Source of the DNA: Bdellovibrionota bacterium
GTDB lineage: Bacteria; Bdellovibrionota; UBA2428
Direction: 5' to 3'
DNA: 64,000 bases
NCBI GenBank assembly: GCA_035539375.1
Contig: DATLIP010000099.1
Span: 1,394-65,393 of the forward strand
Numbering within the stretch: position 1 is the first letter of the stretch; each line of letters starts with the position of its first letter. The notes beneath the pieces were generated by a model that did no database searches, was not told where the DNA came from, and worked only from the letters and a program-made list of their open reading frames with translations. Made by a program: the position numbers and the translations under genes. Shown one piece after another: positions 7,351 through 15,992 of this stretch.

Positions 7351-9510
7351 ATGAAAAATCTTTCAAAATTTCTGTTAGCCATTCCCCTATTCGTTGCCGT
7401 GCTTTCGGGCTGTGAAGTGCAGATTTCCGAAAACGGCAAAGTCAGCATCAAAGGAAGCAAAAACTGTGAAGCCCTCGACCATAACGAGAGCATCCTCTTG
7501 CACCGCTTCTCCGCCCCCAGCGTCGCCGCCGACTTGAGCTGTGATTCGGTTCGGGTGGACGTGACCCTATCTTGCTCGGATGGCGATCTCAGCTACATGC
7601 CCAGCATCCAAACCTATGAAAGTTGTGCCCCCCGTGACCCGGCGGGTGAACCCGACCCCGTGGATCCCCAGGACCCCGTAGATCCGCAAGATCCGGTGGA
7701 CCCCCAAGATCCTGCCGACGTGTTGGAAGTCTTCAGAAACCTCAAGGGCAAGCAGTCACTCGACATCTTCGACACCACGGCAGCTTTCCAATCGCGCAGC
7801 TTCACGCCTTCAAACAAATTCAAAGCGACTTTCTTTTACGCCCGCAGCGCCGACAACTCGCTTCCGAATACGGTAGTCGCCCTCTCGGATCGCAACCTTG
7901 TTGCCGGTCAAGCCAATAGCTTTGACCAAGCGGCCGTGACGGTTCGTTGCAACAGCGGTGCTTTCCAAGCGCGGGGCGTGAGTGGTTTTCAGGATCTCAA
8001 TTTCCCTTGTGTGATTGGCAAAGCCTATATGATTGAGATCAACGTTGATGCCACCTCGACCCCCAAAACGTTCACGGTGAAAATTGAAAACAACTCTGGT
8101 CAAAGCATTCCCGCCAACCAACAGCTTACCGTCGCTTTCCGCAGTACCTATACCGGCAGCGCATCGCTCAGCACCTTTAACGTGGTTTCCGACCGCGGGA
8201 GTAGCGACGGCGACACCCGCTTCGACCGCGTGACCGAGATGGCTTTCCAGAATCTCTCGAGCTCGGGTGGCTCTTCGCCCGATCCCGTAGATCCAGATCC
8301 CGTGGACCCCGTGGATCCCGATCCGGTAGATCCTGTGGATCCCGCACCTACATGCCCTAACTCTACTAACACCTTGACGCCCACCGAAGTCGCTTTCCTT
8401 GGGCCCAACGGCACTCACTGGCCTAAGATGTTCCCCACACCTTTTATGTACGATTTTAACCCCCAACGGGTTAGCGGCCGCGTTCAACACATCATCAGGA
8501 TTAATCCGAGCTGGACGGCGATTAAGGATGCTCTGATGGCCGTGACCAGCACCCAGGCGGCTGAGGGTACCTTGATCCTGATTCGTCGAGGAACCATCGC
8601 AGGCCCTTCCGAGAAATCCAACGTGCTCGTGGGAGTTGGAAATAAATCTTGGTCGAAGCGGGTGACGGTGGCTCCTGAAAGTGGTTACGGTTCGGTCGTC
8701 TTCACCGGTAAGCCCATCATCGAAGGTATGTATAAAGTGGCTCTGGCCGGCTTCAAGTTCGATAGCATTTGGTGCAAAGACTGTACGCAGTCCGCCATTG
8801 CGTGGTCGAAAGTGGATACCTACCTGCAAGTGTCTTCGAAACGCGGTGCCCCCCTAGCCATGCAAGACGTCGAAGTCGTAGAAGTTGCGATGCCCGATGC
8901 CAAGGTCATCAGTGACGACACTTTCGATATCTATGCGGCGACCGGAGATATCAACAACGTGCACGTCATTGGCTCTTACTTTGCGCCTCGTTTCTTCGAG
9001 TATCCTTACACGGGTGCTAAGCCTCACACCGACACCTTCCAGATCGCCGCAACTGACGGTGGGGCCTATAGCAATCTTACCCTCCGCGACAGCGTGTTCT
9101 ATAGCGCCAACAACTGCTCGATTCAGGTGGGTAACGTCAATGGGCTCAAATTCGAGCACAGCATCGCGATTTCCGGTGCAATGTCGCTCGACCGCTATCC
9201 CTTCATGCCCGGCGGTGCGACCGAAGGCGTGAATAACGCCTTTAACGGGTCGGGTAAGAACTTTGTCGCCAAAGACTCGTTCATCATCGGTGGCATGGCG
9301 CTCAACGATAGGGACTCGAACCAACCGTGGAGTTCCGTCAGCAACACCAAGACCAATAAGGCCTACGGCACTTTGAACCAGCCTGGAAGTGGTAGTTGGA
9401 CAGTGCAAGATGGGTCGGGGAACACCCAGAAGCTAGAAATTACCCAGCCTCATCCACTTCGACCGACCGATGCTCGACTCAATCAGATCTGGAGCAATCC
9501 TTGTGATTAG
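7351..9510 (+). CDS. Modular lipoprotein 2: 4-Cys module + Asp-Pro linker + shared beta-rich domain + probable right-handed beta-helix C-terminus
   Basis: Lipobox MKNLSKFLLAIPLFVAVLSGC. The 4-Cys module lies at 7465-7626 and the shared domain at 7720-8253. It is clearly alignable to protein 1 (for example NTVVALSDRNLVAG / NTVIAISDRPLIAG and AAVTVRCNSGAF / AAITIRCNNGAF). The C-terminus carries HTDTFQI and NNCSIQVGNVNG, typical of pectate-lyase-fold repeats. Start 7351 was chosen by SD conservation with gene 1. Confidence 0.8.
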   Translation: MKNLSKFLLAIPLFVAVLSGCEVQISENGKVSIKGSKNCEALDHNESILLHRFSAPSVAADLSCDSVRVDVTLSCSDGDLSYMPSIQTYESCAPRDPAGEPDPVDPQDPVDPQDPVDPQDPADVLEVFRNLKGKQSLDIFDTTAAFQSRSFTPSNKFKATFFYARSADNSLPNTVVALSDRNLVAGQANSFDQAAVTVRCNSGAFQARGVSGFQDLNFPCVIGKAYMIEINVDATSTPKTFTVKIENNSGQSIPANQQLTVAFRSTYTGSASLSTFNVVSDRGSSDGDTRFDRVTEMAFQNLSSSGGSSPDPVDPDPVDPVDPDPVDPVDPAPTCPNSTNTLTPTEVAFLGPNGTHWPKMFPTPFMYDFNPQRVSGRVQHIIRINPSWTAIKDALMAVTSTQAAEGTLILIRRGTIAGPSEKSNVLVGVGNKSWSKRVTVAPESGYGSVVFTGKPIIEGMYKVALAGFKFDSIWCKDCTQSAIAWSKVDTYLQVSSKRGAPLAMQDVEVVEVAMPDAKVISDDTFDIYAATGDINNVHVIGSYFAPRFFEYPYTGAKPHTDTFQIAATDGGAYSNLTLRDSVFYSANNCSIQVGNVNGLKFEHSIAISGAMSLDRYPFMPGGATEGVNNAFNGSGKNFVAKDSFIIGGMALNDRDSNQPWSSVSNTKTNKAYGTLNQPGSGSWTVQDGSGNTQKLEITQPHPLRPTDARLNQIWSNPCD
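7651..7713 (+). repeat. In-frame 18-nt tandem repeat encoding (DPVDPQ)n linker
   Basis: gaccccgtggatccccag / gaccccgtagatccgcaa / gatccggtggacccccaa, translating to PDPVDPQDPVDPQDPVDPQDP. Confidence 0.85.
8278..8346 (+). repeat. Second Asp-Pro-Val linker repeat (DPVDPDPVDPVDPDPVDPVDP)
   Basis: Direct reading of the translation and of the repeated gatcc(c/a/g)gt(a/g)ga units. Confidence 0.8.
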
Positions 9511-9524
9511 TCCATGACCCCAAG

Positions 9525-9562
9525 ACTCGGTGGTCCCGCTAGGGGCCGCCGAGTTTGTGTTT
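9525..9562 (+). terminator. Rho-independent terminator after lipoprotein gene 2
   Basis: Stem actcggtggtccc / ggggccgccgagt has 13 bp including two G-U pairs. The loop is gcta. It is followed by ttgtgttt. Confidence 0.7.
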
Positions 9563-9612
9563 AAGTAGTAAAAAAGTTTTTAAAAATAAAATTTAAGTAA
9601 AGGCAGAACGAT

Positions 9613-12600
9613 ATGAAGAACGTAAGAAACTTAAAAGGACTATATAGTTTTCTCTACCTAACGCTCTCGATCGCTGTGCTCAGTGGTTGCCAGCTGACCG
9701 ACTCTACCAGCGAACAAGTCAAAGATACCGATCGGGTAGACATTATCATCGACCGCATCGCCCCCGATGCCCCTGCAAGCGTGCGCGTCACGAACGTCAA
9801 CGTTCAGTCGGCGAGCTCCGCTTCGCTGGTGCTTCGCTGGAACGAATCCGAGGACGAGGGTGGCTCGGGCATCAAACGCTACAAGATCTTTTTGAATGAC
9901 AACCTCGTGGGTACCACCACGGGCCTCTCCTATGCCTTTGGCACTCTTGTCGCAGATCGTGAATATGCTTTCGCGGTGCAAGCCGAAGACCGCTCGCTCA
10001 ACGAGTCGACGCTGTCTGTATTACGCTATACGACCCCAGAAGTGGGCTCACAGCCCGATCCCAACCAAGCGCCCTCGGCGCCTACCGGCCTGCAAGCCTC
10101 TAACATTTCGGAGACTGGCTTTACGCTAAGTTGGAACGCCGCCGCCGACGCTGAAGACGGTACGGTGGACGATTACAAAATTCAGCTTGATGGCGTGCTG
10201 ATGCCGCAGCTGATCTCGAATACCCAGTATCAGTTCGAAAACCTCAGCGCCGACACCGTGTATCGCATGCGCGTAGTTGCCATCGACTCCGATGGCGCAT
10301 CATCGGTTCTTTCGGCTCAGTTCTCGCAATCGACGCTGCCTTCGAGCAGCGAAGCCGACGTGACGGCGCCGTCGGTGCCCACAAACGTTGTGGCTAGCCA
10401 AGTTACGGCGCGCACTTTCGTGCTCACCTGGGCGGCCTCCACCGACACCGGCGGCAGCGGCGTGCAAAAGTACGTCGTCAAGCTCAATGGCTCGGCGGTC
10501 GATGAAACCACGTCGACCTCACTACCGCTCAGCGGCCTCACCCCTTCGGCCAACTACCGCGTGAAAGTTGCGGCAGTGGATCGTTCGGGCAACGTCTCGG
10601 CCGATTCTAGCGAAATCCAAGTGCCCATGCTTGCCGAAGGCAGCAACTCGCGCTTTAACACCATCGAAATCGAAGGCGAATCGGCAACGCTTTCGAGCGG
10701 CTGGGTACGCGAAACCTCAAAAGCCGGTTTTTCTGGCACGGGTTATGTGCGCTGGTCGAGCGCCGACAAGATTTATTCTTACGAAGACGCAACTCGCGGC
10801 TGCTTTATGCGCAACGGTTCTTGCGTGCCCCTCGAAGTCAGCTGGTTGAACTACATGTTTCAGGTAGACGAACCGGGTGAATACAAACTGGTGGCGCGCG
10901 TTCGTCGCGATACTGCCTCTACAGATCCCGGCCCGGACGGCTCCAACGACGTCTACCTCCAGGTACCAAATTTCACACCCGTCCGTAAGTTTTTCCCAGA
11001 GTTCCCATTCCCTTGGAACAACTGGGTGACCGTTGGTAAGGTGATGACCTCTAGCGATGAAGCTCGCGAAACCTTGCGTCTCAATTTCACGCAAGCCGGT
11101 TCCTATACCTTGAAACTCGCGGGTCGTTCGCAAGGCTTCACGGTAGATAAAGTGTACGTTACCAACGACTTCGAACCACTCTCGTTGCCTCGCAACGTGC
11201 GCCTCGCTTCGCGCAGCGGAAACTCCGTTCGTTTTGAGTGGGATGCTTCGGTCGACCCCGAAGGTTACCCCATTAGCCACTACGGTTATTACCTCGACGA
11301 CTCACCCGTTGGCGTGGCGATGACCAACTCGGTCACACTCACGAACGTCAGCGCTTCGGATTCGCGCACCTTCCGCGTGCGGGTCTTCGACCACGTCTTC
11401 AACCGCTCGTCGGCTTCGGAGATCGTGCGCCTGAACGCGCCCGTCGGCACCACTTCGGGTAGCGGCGACACGGGCGGTGGCAACACCGGTGGCGGCACCA
11501 GCGGCAACGGCACTTACGTGTCGACCGCGAGCTTCCAGAACATCGCCATTAGCCCTGCCAAAACAGAGGCCTTCCGTTTTGAATTCGACGTGCTCGCCTC
11601 GTCGTCTCCGATCGACGCCCTCGTGGGCCTGTCGGATTCGCCGCCTTCGCCGAGCGATATCGAGAACGGGTTCAAAGAACTTGCCGCAATCGTTCGCTTC
11701 TCGAACACGGGCAAAGTGGATGCTTATAACAACACCGGCTACGCCGCGGTGAACACGCTCATGCACACCGCCCAAAAGAGCTATCACGTGGTGATGGACA
11801 TCGATGTGCCCCTCAAGAAATACTCCGTGCGCATCACCCCGCAGGGTGGCTCTGAGGTGGTTATCGCGAGCAACTACTTGTACCGCACGCAGCAGGCCGA
11901 TACCACGAGCATCACACACATCTCGCTCATCGCCCTCACCGGCACGTTGACCATGTCGAACCTGAGCTTCTCCGCGCTGAACGGCGAACCCCTCGGATGC
12001 GGCACAGGCTTTGCTCATGGCGCGACCCGTACGCTCTCAGGCTTTGAATCGGTGGCTTATGCAACGGACCCCGATCTCTGCTCGAACCACGCCATCACGG
12101 TATCGCAGAGCTGCTCGAACGGAGTGATCACCTCGACGCCGAGCACCTATTACGATTGCCAAGACCTCGCCGATGGCGGTCAAGCTACAGGCACCTTTAT
12201 CCAGCATCAGGCTAGCGTGATCAACTTCGAGGGTCCTTCGACCCAAGAAGATGCGAACCCTAGTCCCAACCTTCAGTACCGTCTTAACGTAACGGTCAGG
12301 CACGTCGCCTCGGGCAAGGAGTACGTAGTGCCAGGTTTCTACGACGGTAACGGCAATGGCGGCGGTACGGGCAACGTGTGGCGCATTCGCTTCACACCCG
12401 AACTCGCCGGTCGCTGGAACTTCGTGGCCTCGTTCCGCACAGGTACCAACGTCAACGTGAGCCTCGACCCCAACGCGGGCACGGCCACCAGCTTCAACGG
12501 CCAGACGGGTTACTTTGTGGTGTCCAACAAAAACGCGAGCGCTCCGGGCTTCCTCAAGTACGGCACGCTCGAACACGTGAACGACTACTACCTGAAGTTT

Positions 12601-13926
12601 AAAGACGGTCCGTACTGGATCAAAACCGGATCCGGCGATCCCGAAGATTTCCTCGGGTACGCGGGTTTCGACAACACCAAGCCGGACCACGACTACGCGG
12701 CCCACGCGGCGCATTTTAACCTCGACCCCGTGGCCGGTACTTGGGCTACCGGTGCGGGCAAGAACATCCTCGGACTCTTGAACTACTTCGGCTCGGTGGG
12801 TGTGAACAACATCTACTTCCTGCCGATGAACATTGGCGGTGACGGTAAGAACACGCACCCCTTCGTGAAAACGACGAACAGCTACACGGGCGGCAACACC
12901 AGCAACGACAACACGCACTACGACATCTCGAAGCTGGCGCAGTGGGAGATCGTCTTCGCCCACGCGCAGCGCAAAGGCATTCAGTTGCACTTCGTGCTCG
13001 CCGAGGGTGAGCTGAATAACAAAGCCGAGCTCAGCGGTGGCGGTTCGATGAGTGGTTTTGACTACCTCACGGTCGAACGCGCTCTCTTCTATCGCGAAAT
13101 GGTCGCTCGTTTCGGCCATCACCAGGCCGTACAGTGGAACATCTCCGAGGAATATGATTATCCGAGTTCGAGCAGCACGACCCGCGACCCTTGGTCGGCG
13201 GATAAGGTGCTCGAATTTGCGGGTTACATTCAATCGGTCGACCCGATGAAGCACCCCATTACGGCGCACAACAACTTGCGCGCGCAGACGTCTTACGCGG
13301 ATCTCCTGGGCAAACCGCAAATCTCGTCCACTTCGCTACAGTACACGGGTAGTGACCCCGCGGGTAGCAACGCCGGCAAGGGCTCCGAAGTGGAGTGGTT
13401 CCGTTCGCACTCGGCGAGTGCGGGACGTAAGCTGGCTATTTACCTCGACGAGTTCAAAGAACTGAACTCCACCTCGATGGTGGCCCTGCGTAAGGAACTC
13501 CTCTGGCCGTCGCTGCTCTCGGGCGGCGCGGGCCTCGAGTATTACATGGGCTCCACGGCCTTCGACCGCAACGACTTCACGGATTTCGAAGATATCTGGC
13601 TCTGGTCGTCGCGGGCGCGCAAATTTATGGAAGACAACCTGCCTTTCCACCAAATGGCGCCGGCCGACTCGCTGACTTCGGTCACGGGCGACCAAGTTTA
13701 CGCTAAGACCAACGAAGTCTACGCGATTTACTTCCCGGCGGCTTCGGCGAGTTCTAACGGAACGATCAACCTCTCGGCGGCGAGCGGATCGTTCACCGCG
13801 CGCTGGTTCAACCCGCGCGACGGAGCGTTCCAGGGTTCGAGCACCACGATCACCGGCGGCAGCAGCACGCAGGCTATCGGCGGCGCTCCGAGCGCGGACG
13901 ACTGGGTTCTCTTGATCAAAAAATAG
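9613..13926 (+). CDS. Modular lipoprotein 3 (1437 aa): 3x FN3, CBM6/35-like, FN3, shared beta-rich domain, 4-Cys module, DUF5060 + TIM-barrel glycosidase-like + collagen-binding-like tail
   Basis: Lipobox LSIAVLSGC. FN3 repeats lie at about 9760-10032, 10069-10332, 10360-10626 and 11185-11436 (for example SLVLRWNESEDEGGSGIKRYKIF). A CBM-like block IEIEGESATLSSGW...GTGYVRW is present. The shared domain lies at 11512-11976 and the 4-Cys module at 11998-12159. The DUF5060-like block is NLQYRLNVTV...WRIRFTPELAGRWNF. The C-terminal block FTARWFNPRDGAF resembles the Collagen_bind_2 tail of DUF4038/GH140-type enzymes. Confidence 0.8.
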   Translation: MKNVRNLKGLYSFLYLTLSIAVLSGCQLTDSTSEQVKDTDRVDIIIDRIAPDAPASVRVTNVNVQSASSASLVLRWNESEDEGGSGIKRYKIFLNDNLVGTTTGLSYAFGTLVADREYAFAVQAEDRSLNESTLSVLRYTTPEVGSQPDPNQAPSAPTGLQASNISETGFTLSWNAAADAEDGTVDDYKIQLDGVLMPQLISNTQYQFENLSADTVYRMRVVAIDSDGASSVLSAQFSQSTLPSSSEADVTAPSVPTNVVASQVTARTFVLTWAASTDTGGSGVQKYVVKLNGSAVDETTSTSLPLSGLTPSANYRVKVAAVDRSGNVSADSSEIQVPMLAEGSNSRFNTIEIEGESATLSSGWVRETSKAGFSGTGYVRWSSADKIYSYEDATRGCFMRNGSCVPLEVSWLNYMFQVDEPGEYKLVARVRRDTASTDPGPDGSNDVYLQVPNFTPVRKFFPEFPFPWNNWVTVGKVMTSSDEARETLRLNFTQAGSYTLKLAGRSQGFTVDKVYVTNDFEPLSLPRNVRLASRSGNSVRFEWDASVDPEGYPISHYGYYLDDSPVGVAMTNSVTLTNVSASDSRTFRVRVFDHVFNRSSASEIVRLNAPVGTTSGSGDTGGGNTGGGTSGNGTYVSTASFQNIAISPAKTEAFRFEFDVLASSSPIDALVGLSDSPPSPSDIENGFKELAAIVRFSNTGKVDAYNNTGYAAVNTLMHTAQKSYHVVMDIDVPLKKYSVRITPQGGSEVVIASNYLYRTQQADTTSITHISLIALTGTLTMSNLSFSALNGEPLGCGTGFAHGATRTLSGFESVAYATDPDLCSNHAITVSQSCSNGVITSTPSTYYDCQDLADGGQATGTFIQHQASVINFEGPSTQEDANPSPNLQYRLNVTVRHVASGKEYVVPGFYDGNGNGGGTGNVWRIRFTPELAGRWNFVASFRTGTNVNVSLDPNAGTATSFNGQTGYFVVSNKNASAPGFLKYGTLEHVNDYYLKFKDGPYWIKTGSGDPEDFLGYAGFDNTKPDHDYAAHAAHFNLDPVAGTWATGAGKNILGLLNYFGSVGVNNIYFLPMNIGGDGKNTHPFVKTTNSYTGGNTSNDNTHYDISKLAQWEIVFAHAQRKGIQLHFVLAEGELNNKAELSGGGSMSGFDYLTVERALFYREMVARFGHHQAVQWNISEEYDYPSSSSTTRDPWSADKVLEFAGYIQSVDPMKHPITAHNNLRAQTSYADLLGKPQISSTSLQYTGSDPAGSNAGKGSEVEWFRSHSASAGRKLAIYLDEFKELNSTSMVALRKELLWPSLLSGGAGLEYYMGSTAFDRNDFTDFEDIWLWSSRARKFMEDNLPFHQMAPADSLTSVTGDQVYAKTNEVYAIYFPAASASSNGTINLSAASGSFTARWFNPRDGAFQGSSTTITGGSSTQAIGGAPSADDWVLLIKK

Positions 13927-13941
13927 CGGGGCGAGGGTGGA

Positions 13942-15321
13942 CTAAATCCACTCAAAGCGCGCCGTAAAGTGGCGAAGCACGCGGGGTTTGTAAGTGAACT
14001 TTACCCCCCGTAGCTTCGCCGCTTCGTTTTGTTTGAAGCTCGAGAGCGCCTCGAGCACGTAGTCGATGTGCGACTGCGTGTACACCCGTCGGGGCACCGC
14101 GAGGCGCACCAGCTCTTGGCGGTGCGGAATCTCTTTGCCCTCAGCGTCTTCGGAACCAAACATCACCGAACCGATCTCCACGCCGCGGATGCCCGCGTAT
14201 TCGTAGAGCTTGGCGACGAGTGCCTGGCCGGGGAATTCCCCGGGGCTCAGGTGCGGGCAGAGGCGCTTGGCGTCGATGTAAATCGCGTGTCCGCCCGGAG
14301 GGTTCACGATGGGCACGCCGGCCCTCAGCAGGCCTTCGCCCAGGTACTTGATGCTCTGGATACGGTACTTGAGGTAATCCGGTTCGAGGGCTTCGTAGAT
14401 GCCCACGGCGATGGTGTCGAGGTCGCGACCCGAGAGTCCTCCGTAAGTCGGAAACCCTTCGGTGAGGATCAAATTGTTGCGGCAGGCCTGTGCCAGTTCG
14501 GGGTCGTTCATCGTGAGAAATCCGCCGATGTTGCCCATGCCGTCTTTTTTGGCCGAGACGCTGATGACGTCGGCGAGGGCAAAAACCTTGCGTGCAATAT
14601 CGATGGGCGACACGTTCTCAAATCCCGGCTCGCGCTGCTTGATGAACCAGGCGTTCTCAGCAAAACGGCAGCCATCCACCACAAAGGGAACCTTGTATTG
14701 TTTGCAGAGTTTTGCCGCGCCTTCGATGTTGGAGAAAGAGGCGGGCTGACCACCGCCTGAGTTGTTGGTGATGGTGAGCACCACGCAGCCCACGTCGCTC
14801 GCGTTCTCGGCAAGGCGCGCCTCGAGCTTGCCCAGATCGATGTTGCCCTTGAAGGGTGCGGCTTCCGAGGTGTTTGCGAGCTCGGGGCAGGGCAGGTCGA
14901 GTGGCGTGCAGCCCGAAGCCATGCAATTGGCCTTGGTGGTGTCAAAGAGCATGTTCGAGATCACGGTTTGGCCGGGTTTGGTGAGCGTGGCAAAAAGAAT
15001 GCGTTCGGCGGCGCGTCCCTGGTGCGTGGGAATGATCTCGCGATGGCCCGTGACGTCGCGCAGAGCTTTTTCAAAGCGCAAATAGCTGGGCGAGCCGGCG
15101 TAGGATTCGTCGCCGCGCATGACCCCGGCCCACTGCTCGGTGCTCATGGCCGTGGTGCCCGAATCGGTGAGCAGGTCGATCAGCACATTTGCCGAATCGA
15201 TGAGAAAGGGATTCAGCCCCGCTTCGTTCAGGTAACGGCGGCGGTCTTCGGCGCTCGTCATTTTGATGGGTTCGACGCTCTTGATGCGAAAGGGTTCGAT
15301 GATGGTGCTGAATTCGTTCAT
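13942..15321 (-). CDS. tnaA: Tryptophanase / tyrosine phenol-lyase family beta-eliminating lyase (closer to TnaA)
   Basis: EPFRIKSVEP, IDLLTDSGT, TITNNSGGGQP, RFAENAWFIKQRE, PLP-lysine motif SAKKDG, EGFPTYGGL and RHFTARFEWI all align with E. coli TnaA and Citrobacter TPL from memory. ATG 15321 is preferred over TTG 15327. Confidence 0.85.
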   Translation of the reverse strand: MNEFSTIIEPFRIKSVEPIKMTSAEDRRRYLNEAGLNPFLIDSANVLIDLLTDSGTTAMSTEQWAGVMRGDESYAGSPSYLRFEKALRDVTGHREIIPTHQGRAAERILFATLTKPGQTVISNMLFDTTKANCMASGCTPLDLPCPELANTSEAAPFKGNIDLGKLEARLAENASDVGCVVLTITNNSGGGQPASFSNIEGAAKLCKQYKVPFVVDGCRFAENAWFIKQREPGFENVSPIDIARKVFALADVISVSAKKDGMGNIGGFLTMNDPELAQACRNNLILTEGFPTYGGLSGRDLDTIAVGIYEALEPDYLKYRIQSIKYLGEGLLRAGVPIVNPPGGHAIYIDAKRLCPHLSPGEFPGQALVAKLYEYAGIRGVEIGSVMFGSEDAEGKEIPHRQELVRLAVPRRVYTQSHIDYVLEALSSFKQNEAAKLRGVKFTYKPRVLRHFTARFEWI

Positions 15322-15333
15322 GAACAAAAAAAT

Positions 15334-15990
15334 TTATCCATAGCTCGGCGTATCGGCAAGCAGCGCCGCGGCTGAAACCGTGATGCCCTGTGTACTAAGC
15401 GCTTTGATGGCGGCGCGTAAGGTTTCGCCCGTGGTGCACACGTCGTCGACAATCACGATGCGTTCTCCTTCGGGCAGAGCCCCAGAGGACCTTGGCACGC
15501 AAAAGTCTGGCGGCTCGAGCACACGCATGACGCGCCGGCGCTCTTTTTGCGGTGTGCGGAAGTAGGATTTCAGCGGCCACGCGTGACGCAGCAGCTGCGC
15601 GTGACACGGCACTTGCAACTGCGAGGCCAGCAGCTGCGCAAAGTCCCGCGCGAGTCGGCGCCGGCTGTCGAGACCGTATCGAGGCTCTGGCAGCGGCACG
15701 ATGAGCGAAGGGCGCAGCCCCAGCAGTGAGTCCCCGAGCCGCGAGGCGGCGAGCCAGAGCCAAGGGTCGAGCAGCTCTGAGCGCTCCAGGCGCAGGCCCT
15801 TGGCGATGCGCACCAGATCGCGAACCACACCGTGGTACGAAGCAAAGGAGTAAATGGGCACGAGGGTTCCCGGCACGCGACGCAAGGGTTCGGTACGCGA
15901 ATGCACGAGCGCCGAGACCTGCGCCGAGCAAAGGGCGCAGAGTGCCTTCGGAGCGGGGCGGTGGCAGAGCAGGCATTGTGGCGTGAACAT
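15334..15990 (-). CDS. comF: ComF family phosphoribosyltransferase-domain protein
   Basis: N-terminal Cys pairs CLLC...CALC and a C-terminal PRTase motif IVIVDDVCTTGETL. ATG 15990 lies 2 nt after the comM stop. The longer ORF-track N-terminus is Arg-rich read-through. Confidence 0.8.
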   Translation of the reverse strand: MFTPQCLLCHRPAPKALCALCSAQVSALVHSRTEPLRRVPGTLVPIYSFASYHGVVRDLVRIAKGLRLERSELLDPWLWLAASRLGDSLLGLRPSLIVPLPEPRYGLDSRRRLARDFAQLLASQLQVPCHAQLLRHAWPLKSYFRTPQKERRRVMRVLEPPDFCVPRSSGALPEGERIVIVDDVCTTGETLRAAIKALSTQGITVSAAALLADTPSYG

Positions 15991-15992
15991 GG

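Noticed and set aside
7810-8829. Long antisense ORFs opposite real genes. Examples: 7810-8829 (339 aa), 11302-12018, 12037-13320 (427 aa), 26807-27820 (337 aa), 29887-30999 (370 aa), 37273-38136 and 60 or more smaller ones.
   Set aside because: Their translations are Arg/Gly/His/Val-rich and low in complexity, with no recognisable motifs. Each lies fully inside a confidently identified gene on the other strand. Stop-poor antisense frames are expected in GC-rich DNA.
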